Of a stretch of 52,880 nucleotides of DNA, positions 26,500 to 38,897 are shown piece by piece. The position numbers and the translations under genes are program-made. Origin of the DNA: Erysipelotrichaceae bacterium UBA3379 (GTDB lineage Bacteria > Bacillota_I > Bacilli_A > Erysipelotrichales > Coprobacillaceae); assembly GCA_002359025.1 (NCBI GenBank), contig DEPZ01000001.1, positions 1 to 52,880 of the forward strand. Reading direction: 5' to 3'. The notes under the pieces were generated by a model that made no database searches, was not told where the DNA came from, and worked only from the letters and a program-made list of their open reading frames with translations. Numbering within the stretch: the stretch's first letter is position 1; each line of letters begins with the position of its first letter.

Positions 26500-28419
26500 C
26501 TAAAATTCAAAATAGAATAAAACTCCTTTTTCTGTATTTTCTACACCATATTTAAAATTATGTAATTCCAATATTGCTTTACATATTGCAAGACCTAATC
26601 CAGTTCCTTCATCATTTCTTGATTTATCTACTTTATGAAATGTTAACCATACTTTTTCAAGATCTTCTTCTGGAATTTGTGCTCCTTCATTTTCAACTGA
26701 GAATCTATTTTCATCTAAAGTTACATAAACTTTATGTCCTTGTTCTGTATATCTTAATGCATTCGAAATAAAGTTTGTAATAACCATTTCCATCTTAAAT
26801 TGATCAGCTTCAACATCTGCTATGTCTAAAGAAGTCACAAGTTCTATATTCTTCTTTTCAAATAAGTAAGCCATAGAATCTAAACATTCATCAACTATAT
26901 CTAATAAATCAATTTCCTTTTTCTGTAATGCAATATTTTGTGATTCTAGCTTAGATAAGTCCAACATAGCTAATACAAGTTCATTGATTCTCTTTGTTTC
27001 ACTTTGAATGACTTGAATATATTCGTTTCGTTTCTTTTCATCTTTTTCTAATTCTACTAATTCACTAAATCCATTAATGATTCCTAATGGTGTTTTAATT
27101 TCATGAGTGAAATTAGAAACGAATTCTTTTCTTAAGCCTTCTAATTTTTGAACACGTTCTATCTCTTGATGTAAGTTGTTAATTGTTTTTTCTAATTCTT
27201 TACTCATACGATCTATACTTGTCGCTAAGTCTCCTATTTCATCATGCCTGGATGTATCTATTGGATAATCAAACTCTTTTCTAGCAATATGCTTTGCTGT
27301 CATTTCAATACGTCGAATAGGTTTAATAATAATATAAGCCATAGCTAAACAAATACATGCTATAAGAAGTAAAGCAAGTAAATAAGTAGAAGCATTATCT
27401 AACATGAATTGTTTAAATGTTGTGACTAAAAGATTATGGTATTCTTGAGTAACAAAGATATACCCGACTGTCACTTTTTTCATCACCATTTCACTAGACA
27501 TATCTGAAGTCACATCTTCTTGTGATAACATATTCCAATCATATAATCTCATCATCACAGTAGAATATTGTTTACCATGGTATAGATATGGTTTCATTAA
27601 ATAGTAGTCCATATAATTTGTAGATGTAAGTAACTGTGCCGATTGAATAAACTTATCAAAATCATCAGTAATCTTCTGTTCCACAGCTTCCATAGCATCT
27701 TTATAGTTAAAAACAATTAAGTTCTCTTGACCACTTGATAGAGATGATCTTAAAGTAGCAATATCAGAAGCATTAGGTAATACGATTTCCATTTCATAAC
27801 TAGAAAAACTTGTTACTGTTCCTTCAACAGTAATTGTTTTCTTTGATGTTTTATGACTCGTTATTGTTTGGTTGTTAACTACCATAGAAACAATATTTAA
27901 ATCATCAAAAATTCCTTCTTCTACATTTGAATTGACTTCAAATTCCATACTCATATTGACTGTTTCATCATAAGAATCTAAAAGGATATTTTGTAATTGT
28001 CCAAGCTCATTATCGGCTAAACTACCGATATCAAAATAACCCACAGAAGCATGAATACCCATAAAATCTTCTACAAATAATCCAATAACTGGTGATTCTA
28101 CACCTTCTCTTGTAATATCTATAATGTTTCCTTTAGCATCCGTTAAACACTTGATTTTTGTAAAATCATCTGATAATGCTGTTTGATACATATCTTGAAA
28201 TTTTTGAGAATCAAAATCCACACTATTAATCATATATGATTCTATATAAGATTTTGAAAACTTATCTAAATTTCTAATTGTTGCCTCAGCATCTGTTTCT
28301 AATGTATTTTTTGTATATCTATCAATGCCTAATCTTATTTCATTACTCAAAACAATCGCAAATGCTAAAAAAACAATACCTGCAATCTTAATTAATAAGC
28401 CAAAACGTATTTTTCTCAT
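26500..28419 (-). CDS. Sensor histidine kinase (two TM, ~300-aa external domain, HAMP, HisKA, HATPase)
   Basis: H-box FVSNFTHEIKTPL; G-boxes GTGLGLAICK. Confidence 0.88.
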   Translation of the reverse strand: MRKIRFGLLIKIAGIVFLAFAIVLSNEIRLGIDRYTKNTLETDAEATIRNLDKFSKSYIESYMINSVDFDSQKFQDMYQTALSDDFTKIKCLTDAKGNIIDITREGVESPVIGLFVEDFMGIHASVGYFDIGSLADNELGQLQNILLDSYDETVNMSMEFEVNSNVEEGIFDDLNIVSMVVNNQTITSHKTSKKTITVEGTVTSFSSYEMEIVLPNASDIATLRSSLSSGQENLIVFNYKDAMEAVEQKITDDFDKFIQSAQLLTSTNYMDYYLMKPYLYHGKQYSTVMMRLYDWNMLSQEDVTSDMSSEMVMKKVTVGYIFVTQEYHNLLVTTFKQFMLDNASTYLLALLLIACICLAMAYIIIKPIRRIEMTAKHIARKEFDYPIDTSRHDEIGDLATSIDRMSKELEKTINNLHQEIERVQKLEGLRKEFVSNFTHEIKTPLGIINGFSELVELEKDEKKRNEYIQVIQSETKRINELVLAMLDLSKLESQNIALQKKEIDLLDIVDECLDSMAYLFEKKNIELVTSLDIADVEADQFKMEMVITNFISNALRYTEQGHKVYVTLDENRFSVENEGAQIPEEDLEKVWLTFHKVDKSRNDEGTGLGLAICKAILELHNFKYGVENTEKGVLFYFEF

Positions 28420-29081
28420 ACTTTTTCCTTAACATCAAACATATATCCAATTTTTACGACTGTTTGAATATATGAAGATGCATCTTTTAATTTCTTTCTT
28501 AACTTTTTAACATATGTATCTACAATTCTTTGATCACCATAATAATCATATCCCCATATTTGATCTAATAATTGATCTCTGGATAAGATTTTTCTTCTAT
28601 TCTCTATAAAATACATTAACAATAGATATTCTTTATGTGAGAGTTGTATTTGCTCATCATTTACAAAAACCTCATGAGTATCTTCATCAACTCTTAGTAT
28701 TCCTACTGTTAATGAGTGCTCTTCTTTTGTAAGTCTTTTTAATAAAGCATTACATTTTGCATAAAGCAATGAAGGTGTAAAGGGTTTAGAAATAAAATCA
28801 TCTGCTCCGACATCATATCCTTTCAGTTTATTTTCATCTTCACTTAATGCACTGATAAATAAAATAGGGACATCATTTTTTTGTCTAATCATTCTACAAA
28901 CTTCATACCCATCAATACCAGGCATCATAATGTCTAATAGCACAATATCATAAGTCTCATCTAATAAAGATAAAGCTTCATATCCATCAGATGCTTCTAC
29001 AACTGTTGCACCCTGTTTTGTAAAATATTCCACAATAAAAACTCTTATTAATTTTTCATCCTCTACTAACAATACTTTCAC
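28416..29081 (-). CDS. OmpR-family response regulator
   Basis: Receiver domain (LLDIMMPGIDG) plus a winged-helix C-terminus. GTG start after GGGGG. 4-nt overlap with the kinase gene. Confidence 0.92.
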   Translation of the reverse strand: MKVLLVEDEKLIRVFIVEYFTKQGATVVEASDGYEALSLLDETYDIVLLDIMMPGIDGYEVCRMIRQKNDVPILFISALSEDENKLKGYDVGADDFISKPFTPSLLYAKCNALLKRLTKEEHSLTVGILRVDEDTHEVFVNDEQIQLSHKEYLLLMYFIENRRKILSRDQLLDQIWGYDYYGDQRIVDTYVKKLRKKLKDASSYIQTVVKIGYMFDVKEKV

Positions 29082-29115
29082 ACTTTAGCCCCCTTTTTTT
29101 TCATTATATATCAAA

Positions 29116-29137
29116 GATATGAAAAAGATATGAAAAA
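29116..29137. promoter_or_regulatory. Exact tandem 11-bp repeat GATATGAAAAA x2 in the two-component-system promoter (candidate response-regulator box)
   Basis: Read directly. Sits where a -35 would be relative to the minus-strand TATAAT (29103-29108). Confidence 0.35.
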
Positions 29138-29174
29138 AGTATCTTTTATAAAAAAAAGTAGAAGTTTATCGCTT

Positions 29175-29672
29175 CTACTCTAATATCTTACTATAACCAA
29201 CATCACCATAAAAATAAGACTCTTCAAACTTATGAAACCCTAATTTCTTTAATAAATGAATTGATCTTTCATTTTCTTTATATGCATAACATAAAACTTT
29301 TTGAAAATGATTGATATCATGCATATAGTGTAAAAATGCATCAACCATTTCACTTGCATAACCACAAGACCAATATGTACTATCTAATGTATATCCTAAT
29401 ACAAAAACATTTTTATTTAATACATCAACAAATAAATCACCAATAAGAATATCGTCTGTTTTTAAGACTATACCTAAATGATAATTTGTACGTGGTTTTT
29501 TATAATCTTGAACTGTTAGACATGCCTGAATACGTTTTTTAGCAGTTGAGACTGAATAAGTCTTCCATGATTGATATTTCGCAACCTCTACTTTTTGACG
29601 ATATTCACTCATTCTATATGCATCTGTTTCTTGTAATGGCCTTAAATAGAGCCTTGGTGTTTCTAGTATCAT
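29175..29672 (-). CDS. GNAT N-acetyltransferase (RimJ/RimL-like)
   Basis: 165 aa with a typical LETPRLYLRP N-terminus and acetyl-CoA fold pattern. Confidence 0.8.
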   Translation of the reverse strand: MILETPRLYLRPLQETDAYRMSEYRQKVEVAKYQSWKTYSVSTAKKRIQACLTVQDYKKPRTNYHLGIVLKTDDILIGDLFVDVLNKNVFVLGYTLDSTYWSCGYASEMVDAFLHYMHDINHFQKVLCYAYKENERSIHLLKKLGFHKFEESYFYGDVGYSKILE

Positions 29673-29684
29673 AGTTCTTGTCCT

Positions 29685-30539
29685 TTAATTTAAATGATAA
29701 TATATAAATAACATTCTATCTTTACCATTTATATCTTTGATAATATCATAGGGAGTATCTGGAAAATAATGCGCCAATGCTTCTTCCATTAATTCTCTTT
29801 GATCAAATCCCATTTCAAAAGCTAATAAAGCTCTATCATTAATAACTTCTTTGACTTGTGAGAAGATTTTACGATAGAAATATAATCCATCATTTCCACC
29901 AAATAAAGCAACATGTGGTTCATTGTCTTTGACCACTGCTTCAATATCTTGAGTATTAGGAATATAAGGTGGATTAGATACAAAGATATCCACTTTGATA
30001 TTATTTTCTATTAATGGTTGTAACATATCTCCTTGATAGAATTGAACATGAGCGCCTAATTCTTTGGCATTCATTTTAGCCACTTCTAAAGCATCATTTG
30101 AAATATCTGTTGCTGTGACATGAAGTTTTGGTTCTTCTAAAGCCAAACTAATAGCAATTGCTCCTGAACCTGTACCTACATCACATAATTGTATAGAAGA
30201 ATAATCTTCAAAGTAATCATCTATCTTATACAAAATATTCTCTACAAGTTCTTCTGTTTCATATCTAGGTATCAAAACATTTTCATTAACAATGAAGTCT
30301 CTAGAAAAGAAAGTTTCTTTTCCTTTAATATATTGAACAGGTTCACCATTCAAATATCTTTGCATACATTCATGAAATTGTTTTAATAATTCTTCATCTA
30401 CTTCTTCATCCATCATTAAATATAATTCATGAGGTTCTTTATTCGCAAGATGATAGAATAAGACTTTAGGAACATTACAGTCTTTATTATTTTCATCTAA
30501 CAATGCTTCACTTTGACGAATTAATTCTCTAACAGTCAT
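29685..30539 (-). CDS. prmC: Release-factor glutamine N5-methyltransferase
   Basis: SAM motif DVGTGSGAI and NPPY. Overlaps the prfA stop by 1 nt. Confidence 0.9.
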   Translation of the reverse strand: MTVRELIRQSEALLDENNKDCNVPKVLFYHLANKEPHELYLMMDEEVDEELLKQFHECMQRYLNGEPVQYIKGKETFFSRDFIVNENVLIPRYETEELVENILYKIDDYFEDYSSIQLCDVGTGSGAIAISLALEEPKLHVTATDISNDALEVAKMNAKELGAHVQFYQGDMLQPLIENNIKVDIFVSNPPYIPNTQDIEAVVKDNEPHVALFGGNDGLYFYRKIFSQVKEVINDRALLAFEMGFDQRELMEEALAHYFPDTPYDIIKDINGKDRMLFIYYHLN

Positions 30540-31615
30540 TATTCTTCTTCTCCTGCAAGTTTTAATCTTTGTTCTTCATTGATTAAAGCTTCAATAATAT
30601 CTTCTAATTTTCCTTCCATAATACGATCTAATTGTTGAATTGTTAAACCAATACGATGATCAGTCACACGGTTTTGTGGATAGTTATAAGTTCTAATTTT
30701 TTCACTTCTATCGCCACTACCAATTTTACTACGTCTTTCACTTCCTAGTGCTTCTTCTTGTTCACGAATTTTCATCTCATATAATTTTGCACGCATTGCA
30801 CGCATTGCTTTGTCCCTATTGTCATGTTGACTACGTCCATCTTGGCTTGTTGTCACAACCCCAGTAGGAATATGAGTAATACGTACAGCTGAGTCAGTTT
30901 TATTAATATGTTGTCCTCCGGCACCAGAAGCACGATAAGTATCAATTCTTAAATCACCTGGATTAATTTCCACATCAACTTCTTCAGCTTCAGGCATAAC
31001 CAATACAGTAGCTGTAGAAGTATGAACACGTCCTTGTGTTTCAGTCTTAGGTACACGTTGTACACGATGTGAACCTGATTCAAATTTCAACTTAGAATAA
31101 ACGCCTTCTCCTTTAATCATGAATGAAATTAAAGCATATCCTCCAGCATCAGATTCTTGAGCTTCCATAACTTCGATTTTCCATCCTTGAGATTCTGCAT
31201 ATTTCACATACATTCTATATAAGTCACCAGCAAAGATATTTCCTTCATCTCCACCTGCAGCTCCTCTAATTTCTACAATAACATTTTTATTATCGTTTGG
31301 ATCTTTTGGAATAAGTTCTAAGTGAAGTTTTTCTTCAATAAGAGGTTTCTTTTCTTCTAATTCACTTAATTCTAATTCCGCCATTTCCTTGATTTCCGGA
31401 TCTTTTTCTTTTAATAATTCTTTAGCTTCTTCAATACCATCTAATATCTTTTTATATTCTTGATATAAATGATATGCATTTTCCAAAGAAGCTTGTTCTT
31501 TAGATGCTTCAGTCATCTTTTCTATATCACTTGCAATACTAGGATCCATTAAGATTTCATTTAATTCTTCATATCTTCTTGCGATTGTTTCCAATCTTTC
31601 CATCATATTATTCAT
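30539..31615 (-). CDS. prfA: Peptide chain release factor 1
   Basis: GGQ motif (SGAGGQHINK) and RVQRVP.TE..GR tripeptide region; 358 aa. Confidence 0.96.
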   Translation of the reverse strand: MNNMMERLETIARRYEELNEILMDPSIASDIEKMTEASKEQASLENAYHLYQEYKKILDGIEEAKELLKEKDPEIKEMAELELSELEEKKPLIEEKLHLELIPKDPNDNKNVIVEIRGAAGGDEGNIFAGDLYRMYVKYAESQGWKIEVMEAQESDAGGYALISFMIKGEGVYSKLKFESGSHRVQRVPKTETQGRVHTSTATVLVMPEAEEVDVEINPGDLRIDTYRASGAGGQHINKTDSAVRITHIPTGVVTTSQDGRSQHDNRDKAMRAMRAKLYEMKIREQEEALGSERRSKIGSGDRSEKIRTYNYPQNRVTDHRIGLTIQQLDRIMEGKLEDIIEALINEEQRLKLAGEEE

Positions 31616-31865
31616 AACATAACCTCCAAACCTCCTCCATTATAATATAAACTTTTAAAATAAGCAAAATAATAATGATGTATTCTTCGCTTTTTTCATT
31701 GACATATTTTTTATCAGTCCTACATTTAAAACATCAAACAAAAAATAAGATGCTCGAATAAAAGTTTGGATATAAATAAGGATATTTGTTATAATATAAA
31801 TGATTTATGTATGCTAGATAGAAGTTAATGTAAACTGATGAATATATTTAGAGGAGGAATAAAGG

Positions 31866-32519
31866 ATGATTAAAGCTGTTATTTTTGATATGGACGGATT
31901 AATGATAGATAGTGAAAGAGTGACTTTTGAAGGTTATCAAGAAGTTTTAAAAGAATTATCATTAACAATGAGTGAAGAGTTTTATAAATCTTTATTAGGA
32001 AAACCAATTAGAGATATACACCAACGTTTTTATGATGTCTATGGTAAAGATTTTCCAGTAGAAGATGTTATAAAAAAAGTACATCTCTATATGGAGAAAC
32101 GTTTTATCAATGAAGGTGTTCCTGTAAAACAAGGATTAATTGAATTATTACAATATCTTCAATCTCATAACTATAAAACAATTGTTGCAACATCTAGTCA
32201 TAGAAACAGAGTTGACCAAATCTTAAGTCTTGCAAATATTACACAATATTTTGATGACTCTATTTGTGGTGATGAAGTCACAAAAGGGAAACCAAATCCC
32301 GAAGTTTTCTTAAAATCATGCGAAAAACTTTCAGTAGATACCTCTCAAGCAATTGTCTTAGAAGATAGTGAAGCTGGTATTCAAGCAGCATATAGTGCTC
32401 ATATTCCAGTTATTTGTATTCCTGACATGAAATACCCAGAAGAAAATTATGCTAATAAAACAACAAAGATTCTATCTTCATTAGATCAAGTCATTGATTA
32501 TTTAAAAGAAAACGCATAA
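31866..32519 (+). CDS. HAD-superfamily phosphatase (beta-phosphoglucomutase-like subfamily IA)
   Basis: DMDGLMIDSE motif I; TSS; K...EDS motifs. Confidence 0.85.
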   Translation: MIKAVIFDMDGLMIDSERVTFEGYQEVLKELSLTMSEEFYKSLLGKPIRDIHQRFYDVYGKDFPVEDVIKKVHLYMEKRFINEGVPVKQGLIELLQYLQSHNYKTIVATSSHRNRVDQILSLANITQYFDDSICGDEVTKGKPNPEVFLKSCEKLSVDTSQAIVLEDSEAGIQAAYSAHIPVICIPDMKYPEENYANKTTKILSSLDQVIDYLKENA

Positions 32520-32520
32520 C

Positions 32521-32555
32521 AAACCCCATAAGTTCAAAACTCATGGGGTTTTATC
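32521..32555. terminator. Bidirectional terminator
   Basis: AAACCCCAT (32521-32529) pairs with ATGGGGTTT (32543-32551), then T-rich sequence. Confidence 0.6.
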
Positions 32556-32984
32556 TTATGATTTGATATCTAATGTATAGTTATAATGATCTTTACTATA
32601 GCCATTGGCTTCGTAGAAGCGATGGGCTTTTTTTCTATATGTTGATGTAGAGAGTTCAATTTGTTCTAAGTCATATTCTCTTGCAAGATTTATCGCATAA
32701 TCTAGAAATTGCTTTCCTATATTTTGACTACGATATTGCGGATCAACGATTAATTCTACAATTTCTCCTGTATCTTGATGATGATGTAAGTAATGGTGAA
32801 TATAAAAACTCATGAAGCCAACAATCTTATCTTGTATTTTATATACAAGGAAATGGATATCTTGTTGATTGAATGAATTATAAAAAACTGTTTGGAAATG
32901 ATCCTTGTTGATTTGTTTATCTTCTAATATACAAATCAATTCATAGATACGTTCTAAATCTTCTTTTTTAGCTAATGTAATCAT
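32556..32984 (-). CDS. GNAT acetyltransferase
   Basis: 142 aa with the RSQNIGKQFL acetyl-CoA binding pattern. Confidence 0.8.
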   Translation of the reverse strand: MITLAKKEDLERIYELICILEDKQINKDHFQTVFYNSFNQQDIHFLVYKIQDKIVGFMSFYIHHYLHHHQDTGEIVELIVDPQYRSQNIGKQFLDYAINLAREYDLEQIELSTSTYRKKAHRFYEANGYSKDHYNYTLDIKS

Positions 32985-33011
32985 ATGTTAAAAAGAAGCA
33001 TGAAGCTTCTT

Positions 33012-34472
<1,461 letters not shown>

Positions 34473-34574
34473 TTAATATATAAATAATACTATAATGAAT
34501 TTCATAATTTTTTCAAAAATTGAAATCTCTTGTTTATACATCTGTTTTCTTTTACAATATTATCGGTGATAGAA

Positions 34575-35702
34575 ATGAAAAAATTAGTACTTATAATGAT
34601 AGCTTTATCTCTTGTAGGTTGTAGTCAACCTCAAGAAACAAAACAAGAAGAATCAAAACAGACAGTGAAATGTACTTTTGTAGGTGATACTTTATATGAA
34701 GAACCTTATTATAAATGGATTGGTAATGCTCAAGAAGATAAGGGATATTATGATTCTATCCAATCCTATTTTCAAAACGATGATTTATCAATCGCAAACT
34801 TAGAAGTGCCTATAGGTGGAAAAGAATTAGGAATATCTGGTAGTGGCTATTCATTTAATACATCTTATGATATTGGAAATCAATTGGCTTCACTAGGTTT
34901 AGAAGTTGTCTCTACAGCCAATAATCATGCTTATGATAGAAAAGATAAAGGTGTTGATCATACTTTAGATTTCCTTCGTCAAAAGGATATCCTTGGAGTA
35001 GGAACATACTACAATCAACAAGATAGAGATGCAGGCAAATATAAAACAATTAATGGCATTAAGTTTGGATTTATATCATACACATATGATACAAATCAAG
35101 CCATTAGTCAACAAAGTCTAGAAAAAGTCGCTGTATTTTTAGATAATCAGAGAAATTTCACTCAAGAATATAAAGATCTTCTTACAAAAGAAGTCAGTCA
35201 AACAAGAAAAAATTGTGATATTTTGATTGCTATGATGCACTGGGGTAATGAATTTACATATCATGTAACCAATCAACAAAGGGAAGTCTCACAACTCTTA
35301 AGTGATTTAGGTGTTCATATTATTATAGGAAATCATTCACATTGCCCTCAACCAATAGAATATATCGGGAATACTCTTTGTATGTATTCTTTAGGCAATT
35401 TTATTAGCGCAGATCCTTATGTTAACCGTGCTACTAACGAATTTAAAAATGCGTATAATCTTTCATTTATGATACAATTAGATATTATAAAAGATAAAAA
35501 TCAAATATCTGTTCATAACATTCAATGTACACCTATCATCAATTATTATGATAAAAACATAGAAAACTTCAAACTTGTCCCTTATCAACAATACACTCAA
35601 GATTTAGAGACATCGCATTATCATTATCAAGATGGTCTTACCAAAGAATGGATTACAAAAACAACTCATAAACTGTTACCTGACAACATAACTATAAATT
35701 AA
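34575..35702 (+). CDS. CapA-family (PGA_cap) metallophosphoesterase lipoprotein
   Basis: Start moved to ATG 34575 (MKKLVLIMIALSLVGCS lipobox). STANNHAYD and MHWGNE motifs. Confidence 0.75.
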   Translation: MKKLVLIMIALSLVGCSQPQETKQEESKQTVKCTFVGDTLYEEPYYKWIGNAQEDKGYYDSIQSYFQNDDLSIANLEVPIGGKELGISGSGYSFNTSYDIGNQLASLGLEVVSTANNHAYDRKDKGVDHTLDFLRQKDILGVGTYYNQQDRDAGKYKTINGIKFGFISYTYDTNQAISQQSLEKVAVFLDNQRNFTQEYKDLLTKEVSQTRKNCDILIAMMHWGNEFTYHVTNQQREVSQLLSDLGVHIIIGNHSHCPQPIEYIGNTLCMYSLGNFISADPYVNRATNEFKNAYNLSFMIQLDIIKDKNQISVHNIQCTPIINYYDKNIENFKLVPYQQYTQDLETSHYHYQDGLTKEWITKTTHKLLPDNITIN

Positions 35703-35726
35703 AAAGAGACGTATGTCTCTTTTTCT
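35701..35726. terminator. Bidirectional terminator
   Basis: AAAAGAGAC (35702-35710) pairs with GTCTCTTTT (35715-35723). Confidence 0.65.
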
Positions 35727-35757
35727 TATGGGTATATTATTTTTTTATAGTAATACT

Positions 35758-35976
35758 TTATGCGATAAATAATGGCTTATCGTTACCAATGACATCGCCT
35801 GCTTTAGTAGTCGCAACATAATACACTGAACTATCTTCTGGTTTGTAGTAAACATCAAGTGTATCAATTGTTGTCATTTTCACACCTTGTGATTTTAAAT
35901 CTTCCTTTACTGTTTTTTCAATCACAGATGCTTCCACGTTTTTATTATGAAATTGTACTTGTAATTTTACTTTCAC
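35758..35976 (-). CDS. Small conserved-looking hypothetical protein (72 aa)
   Basis: Clean ORF with an RBS (GGAGGATGAGG). The pattern ...LDVYYKPEDSSVYYV... resembles small Firmicutes DUF proteins, but I cannot name the family with certainty. Confidence 0.5.
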   Translation of the reverse strand: MKVKLQVQFHNKNVEASVIEKTVKEDLKSQGVKMTTIDTLDVYYKPEDSSVYYVATTKAGDVIGNDKPLFIA

Positions 35977-36211
35977 ACCTCATCCTCCTTATATCCATTA
36001 TAAATGAAAGCGATTACGATTTCAACAATCGATTACTTTCATTTCCTATAATATATCACTTTTTTATATAAATGCAAAACATTTCTTTAGATATTTGTCA
36101 TTAACACATATTATTTCATATATATTGTTATAATCTTGGTTATACTTTTTATGTATAAATACACAAAATATATAATAAAATATAAAAGATCTTATGTAAT
36201 TATAATTCTAT

Positions 36212-36241
36212 AAAAAAAGCCATCAAATGATGATGACTTTT
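36212..36241 (-). terminator. typA terminator
   Basis: On the minus RNA, AAAGUCAUCA pairs with UGAUGGCUUU (one G-U), followed by U7. Confidence 0.65.
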
Positions 36242-36246
36242 ATACT

Positions 36247-38070
36247 TTATGAATTTATTTTTTTAGAATAAGCTTTTCTTCTTTCGTTTTCTGTTAATAA
36301 ACGTTTTCTTAGACGAATATTTTGAGGAGTCACTTCTACAAGTTCGTCATCATTAATATAATCTAGACAAGCTTCTAAGTTAAAGACTCTAGGTTTTTTC
36401 AATACAACTGTTGAATCTTTTGTAGAAGAACGAGTGTTTGTTAATTGTTTTCCTTTTGTCACATTAACAACTAAGTCATTATCACGGCTATGTTCTCCAA
36501 CAATCATACCTTCATAAACTTCTACACCTGGACCTACGAACATAACACCTCTGTCTTCTACTCCACCTAATGCATAAGCAGTTGTTTGTCCTGCATCAAT
36601 TGAAACAAGAACACCAAGTTGTCTTTTCCCAACTGTTTCACCTTCCATTGGTCTATAATCTATAAATGAATGATTAATAATACCATAACCTTTTGTCATA
36701 GTTAAGAAGTTTGTCATGAATCCCATTAAACCACGTGAAGGAATAGTGTAATGTACTTTTGTCATACCATCAACAGAGTCCATATTTTCTAATGTACCTC
36801 TTCTATATCCTAAAGATTCAATAACACTTCCAATGCATTCATCAGGTGCTTCAATAAATACTTCTTCATATGGTTCGCATAAAACACCATCAATTTCTTT
36901 GATGATAACTTTAGGTTTAGAAACTTGTAATTCATAACCTTCTCTACGCATATTTTCTACTAATATAGATAAATGTAATTCACCACGTCCTGATACAATC
37001 CATTCTTCACTATTTGGAATTCTTTCTACTTTTAAAGATACATCTCTATTTGTTTCTTTAAATAATCTTTCTTCAATCTTACTTGCTGTAACAAACTTAC
37101 CTTCTTTACCAGCGAATGGTGATGTATTTGTTCCAAATACCATCTGGATAGTTGGTTCATCTACATGTAATAATGGTAAAGGCTCTTCTTGTCCTAATGT
37201 ACATACAGTTTCACCTACACCAATATCAGCTAATCCTGCAATTGCGATAATGTCTCCTGCATGTGCTTCTTCGATTTCAATTCTATGTAAACCTAAGAAA
37301 CCAAATAATTTTTGAATTCTAAATTGTGTTTTTGTACCATCAGCTCTTAAACAAACAACAGTTTCATTGACTTTCATTGTTCCACGTTGAATTCTACCAA
37401 TTCCAATACGTCCTACATAATCATTATAATCTAATAAAGCAGGTTGGAATTGTAAACCACCGTTTTCATCTACTAATGGTGCTGGTATTTCATTGATAAT
37501 CATATCAAATAAACAATCCATATTGTTAACTTGTGTTGAAATGTCTGGATCTAAGCTTGATGTTCCCATTAATGCTGAAACAAATACAGTTGGGAAATCT
37601 AATTGATTATCATCTGCACCTAGTTCCATAAATAATTCAAGAACTTCATCCATAACTTCATGAATACGTACAACTGGTCTATCCACCTTATTAATCACAA
37701 CAATAGGTTTTACTTTTGCTTCTAATGCTTTTTTTAATACAAAACGTGTTTGAGGCATTGTTCCTTCATAAGCATCTACAACCAAAAGGACACCATCAAC
37801 CATATTCATAATACGTTCTACTTCTCCACCAAAGTCAGCATGGCCTGGTGTATCCATAATATTTATACGATAGTCTTTATAGTTGATTGCTGTATTTTTC
37901 GCAAGGATTGTAATTCCTCTTTCTCTTTCAATTGCATTACTGTCCATTGCTCTTTCAGCAATTTGTTCGTTATCTTTGAGTGTTCCAGATAATTTTAATA
38001 ATTGGTCAACCAAAGTTGTTTTCCCGTGGTCAACGTGTGCAATAATAGCTATATTTCTAATATTATTCAT
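36247..38070 (-). CDS. typA: Translational GTPase TypA/BipA
   Basis: 607 aa: [19 protein letters not shown]-motifs and EF-G-like domains. Confidence 0.96.
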   Translation of the reverse strand: MNNIRNIAIIAHVDHGKTTLVDQLLKLSGTLKDNEQIAERAMDSNAIERERGITILAKNTAINYKDYRINIMDTPGHADFGGEVERIMNMVDGVLLVVDAYEGTMPQTRFVLKKALEAKVKPIVVINKVDRPVVRIHEVMDEVLELFMELGADDNQLDFPTVFVSALMGTSSLDPDISTQVNNMDCLFDMIINEIPAPLVDENGGLQFQPALLDYNDYVGRIGIGRIQRGTMKVNETVVCLRADGTKTQFRIQKLFGFLGLHRIEIEEAHAGDIIAIAGLADIGVGETVCTLGQEEPLPLLHVDEPTIQMVFGTNTSPFAGKEGKFVTASKIEERLFKETNRDVSLKVERIPNSEEWIVSGRGELHLSILVENMRREGYELQVSKPKVIIKEIDGVLCEPYEEVFIEAPDECIGSVIESLGYRRGTLENMDSVDGMTKVHYTIPSRGLMGFMTNFLTMTKGYGIINHSFIDYRPMEGETVGKRQLGVLVSIDAGQTTAYALGGVEDRGVMFVGPGVEVYEGMIVGEHSRDNDLVVNVTKGKQLTNTRSSTKDSTVVLKKPRVFNLEACLDYINDDELVEVTPQNIRLRKRLLTENERRKAYSKKINS

Positions 38071-38159
38071 AATATTGACAACTCCTTTTCGACTTTTAGA
38101 TTATAACATAATTATGTCAAAACACAATAATAATATATTGATGTTATGAAGGTTTTTTA

Positions 38160-38897
38160 TCATTTATTTGATACAAAGAATTGAACTGTGTGTAATATAA
38201 CTGATTGAATATGTTCTAGCGTATCATAATTATGTGATGCACCTTCTACAGGATAGAAAACAGGATTATGAAAAAGAGTTAAATATTTCTTAGATATATC
38301 ATAAGGAACTGTTTTATCTTCTGTTCCATGAATGATATATAATTCATTTTTATATATAGATAAATCTTTATACAAATCTCTACTTGCTATATCTTCTACA
38401 AATTCATGTGAAATTTCAAATCCACCATGATCATAATAAGCAGATTGTTTGACATGTCCTTTTAAATATTCAATAGCTTCAGGCAAGTTGAAAGCTGGTG
38501 CCCATAAGCACATCTTTTTAACATCTAAAGGATATATTTTAGCAATCTCACTTGCTATAGCACCTCCCATAGAATGTCCCAATACATAAATATCTGTAGT
38601 AGAAGGTAATTTCTTAATCTCTTCAAAAATCAAACGTGCACAACTTAACTCATCACGGAATGTCATGTCTTTAAATTCTAAATCAGATTGTCCTGTTCCT
38701 AGAAAGTCCATTCTGACACTACCAATTCCATAAGTTTCTAATTGTCTTGATATTTGTGTATATGAAAATTTGGTACCTGTATTACATCCTGTAAAGCCAT
38801 GAAATATAATACATACTGGAAATTTATCTAATTCTGGTTTATGAAAAAAACCTCTCATAATACCTTTATGTGTTGATATCTCATAATATTGTTGCAT
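38160..38897 (-). CDS. Alpha/beta hydrolase (serine esterase)
   Basis: Nucleophile elbow GHSMGG; 245 aa. Confidence 0.8.
   Translation of the reverse strand: MQQYYEISTHKGIMRGFFHKPELDKFPVCIIFHGFTGCNTGTKFSYTQISRQLETYGIGSVRMDFLGTGQSDLEFKDMTFRDELSCARLIFEEIKKLPSTTDIYVLGHSMGGAIASEIAKIYPLDVKKMCLWAPAFNLPEAIEYLKGHVKQSAYYDHGGFEISHEFVEDIASRDLYKDLSIYKNELYIIHGTEDKTVPYDISKKYLTLFHNPVFYPVEGASHNYDTLEHIQSVILHTVQFFVSNK

Noticed and set aside
36002-36044. Imperfect inverted repeat AAATGAAAGCGATT...AATCGATTACTTTCATTT upstream of the 72-aa ORF; possible riboswitch or attenuator
   Set aside because: The stem is asymmetric, I recognise no conserved riboswitch motif, and it may simply be a 5'-UTR hairpin. Insufficient evidence.
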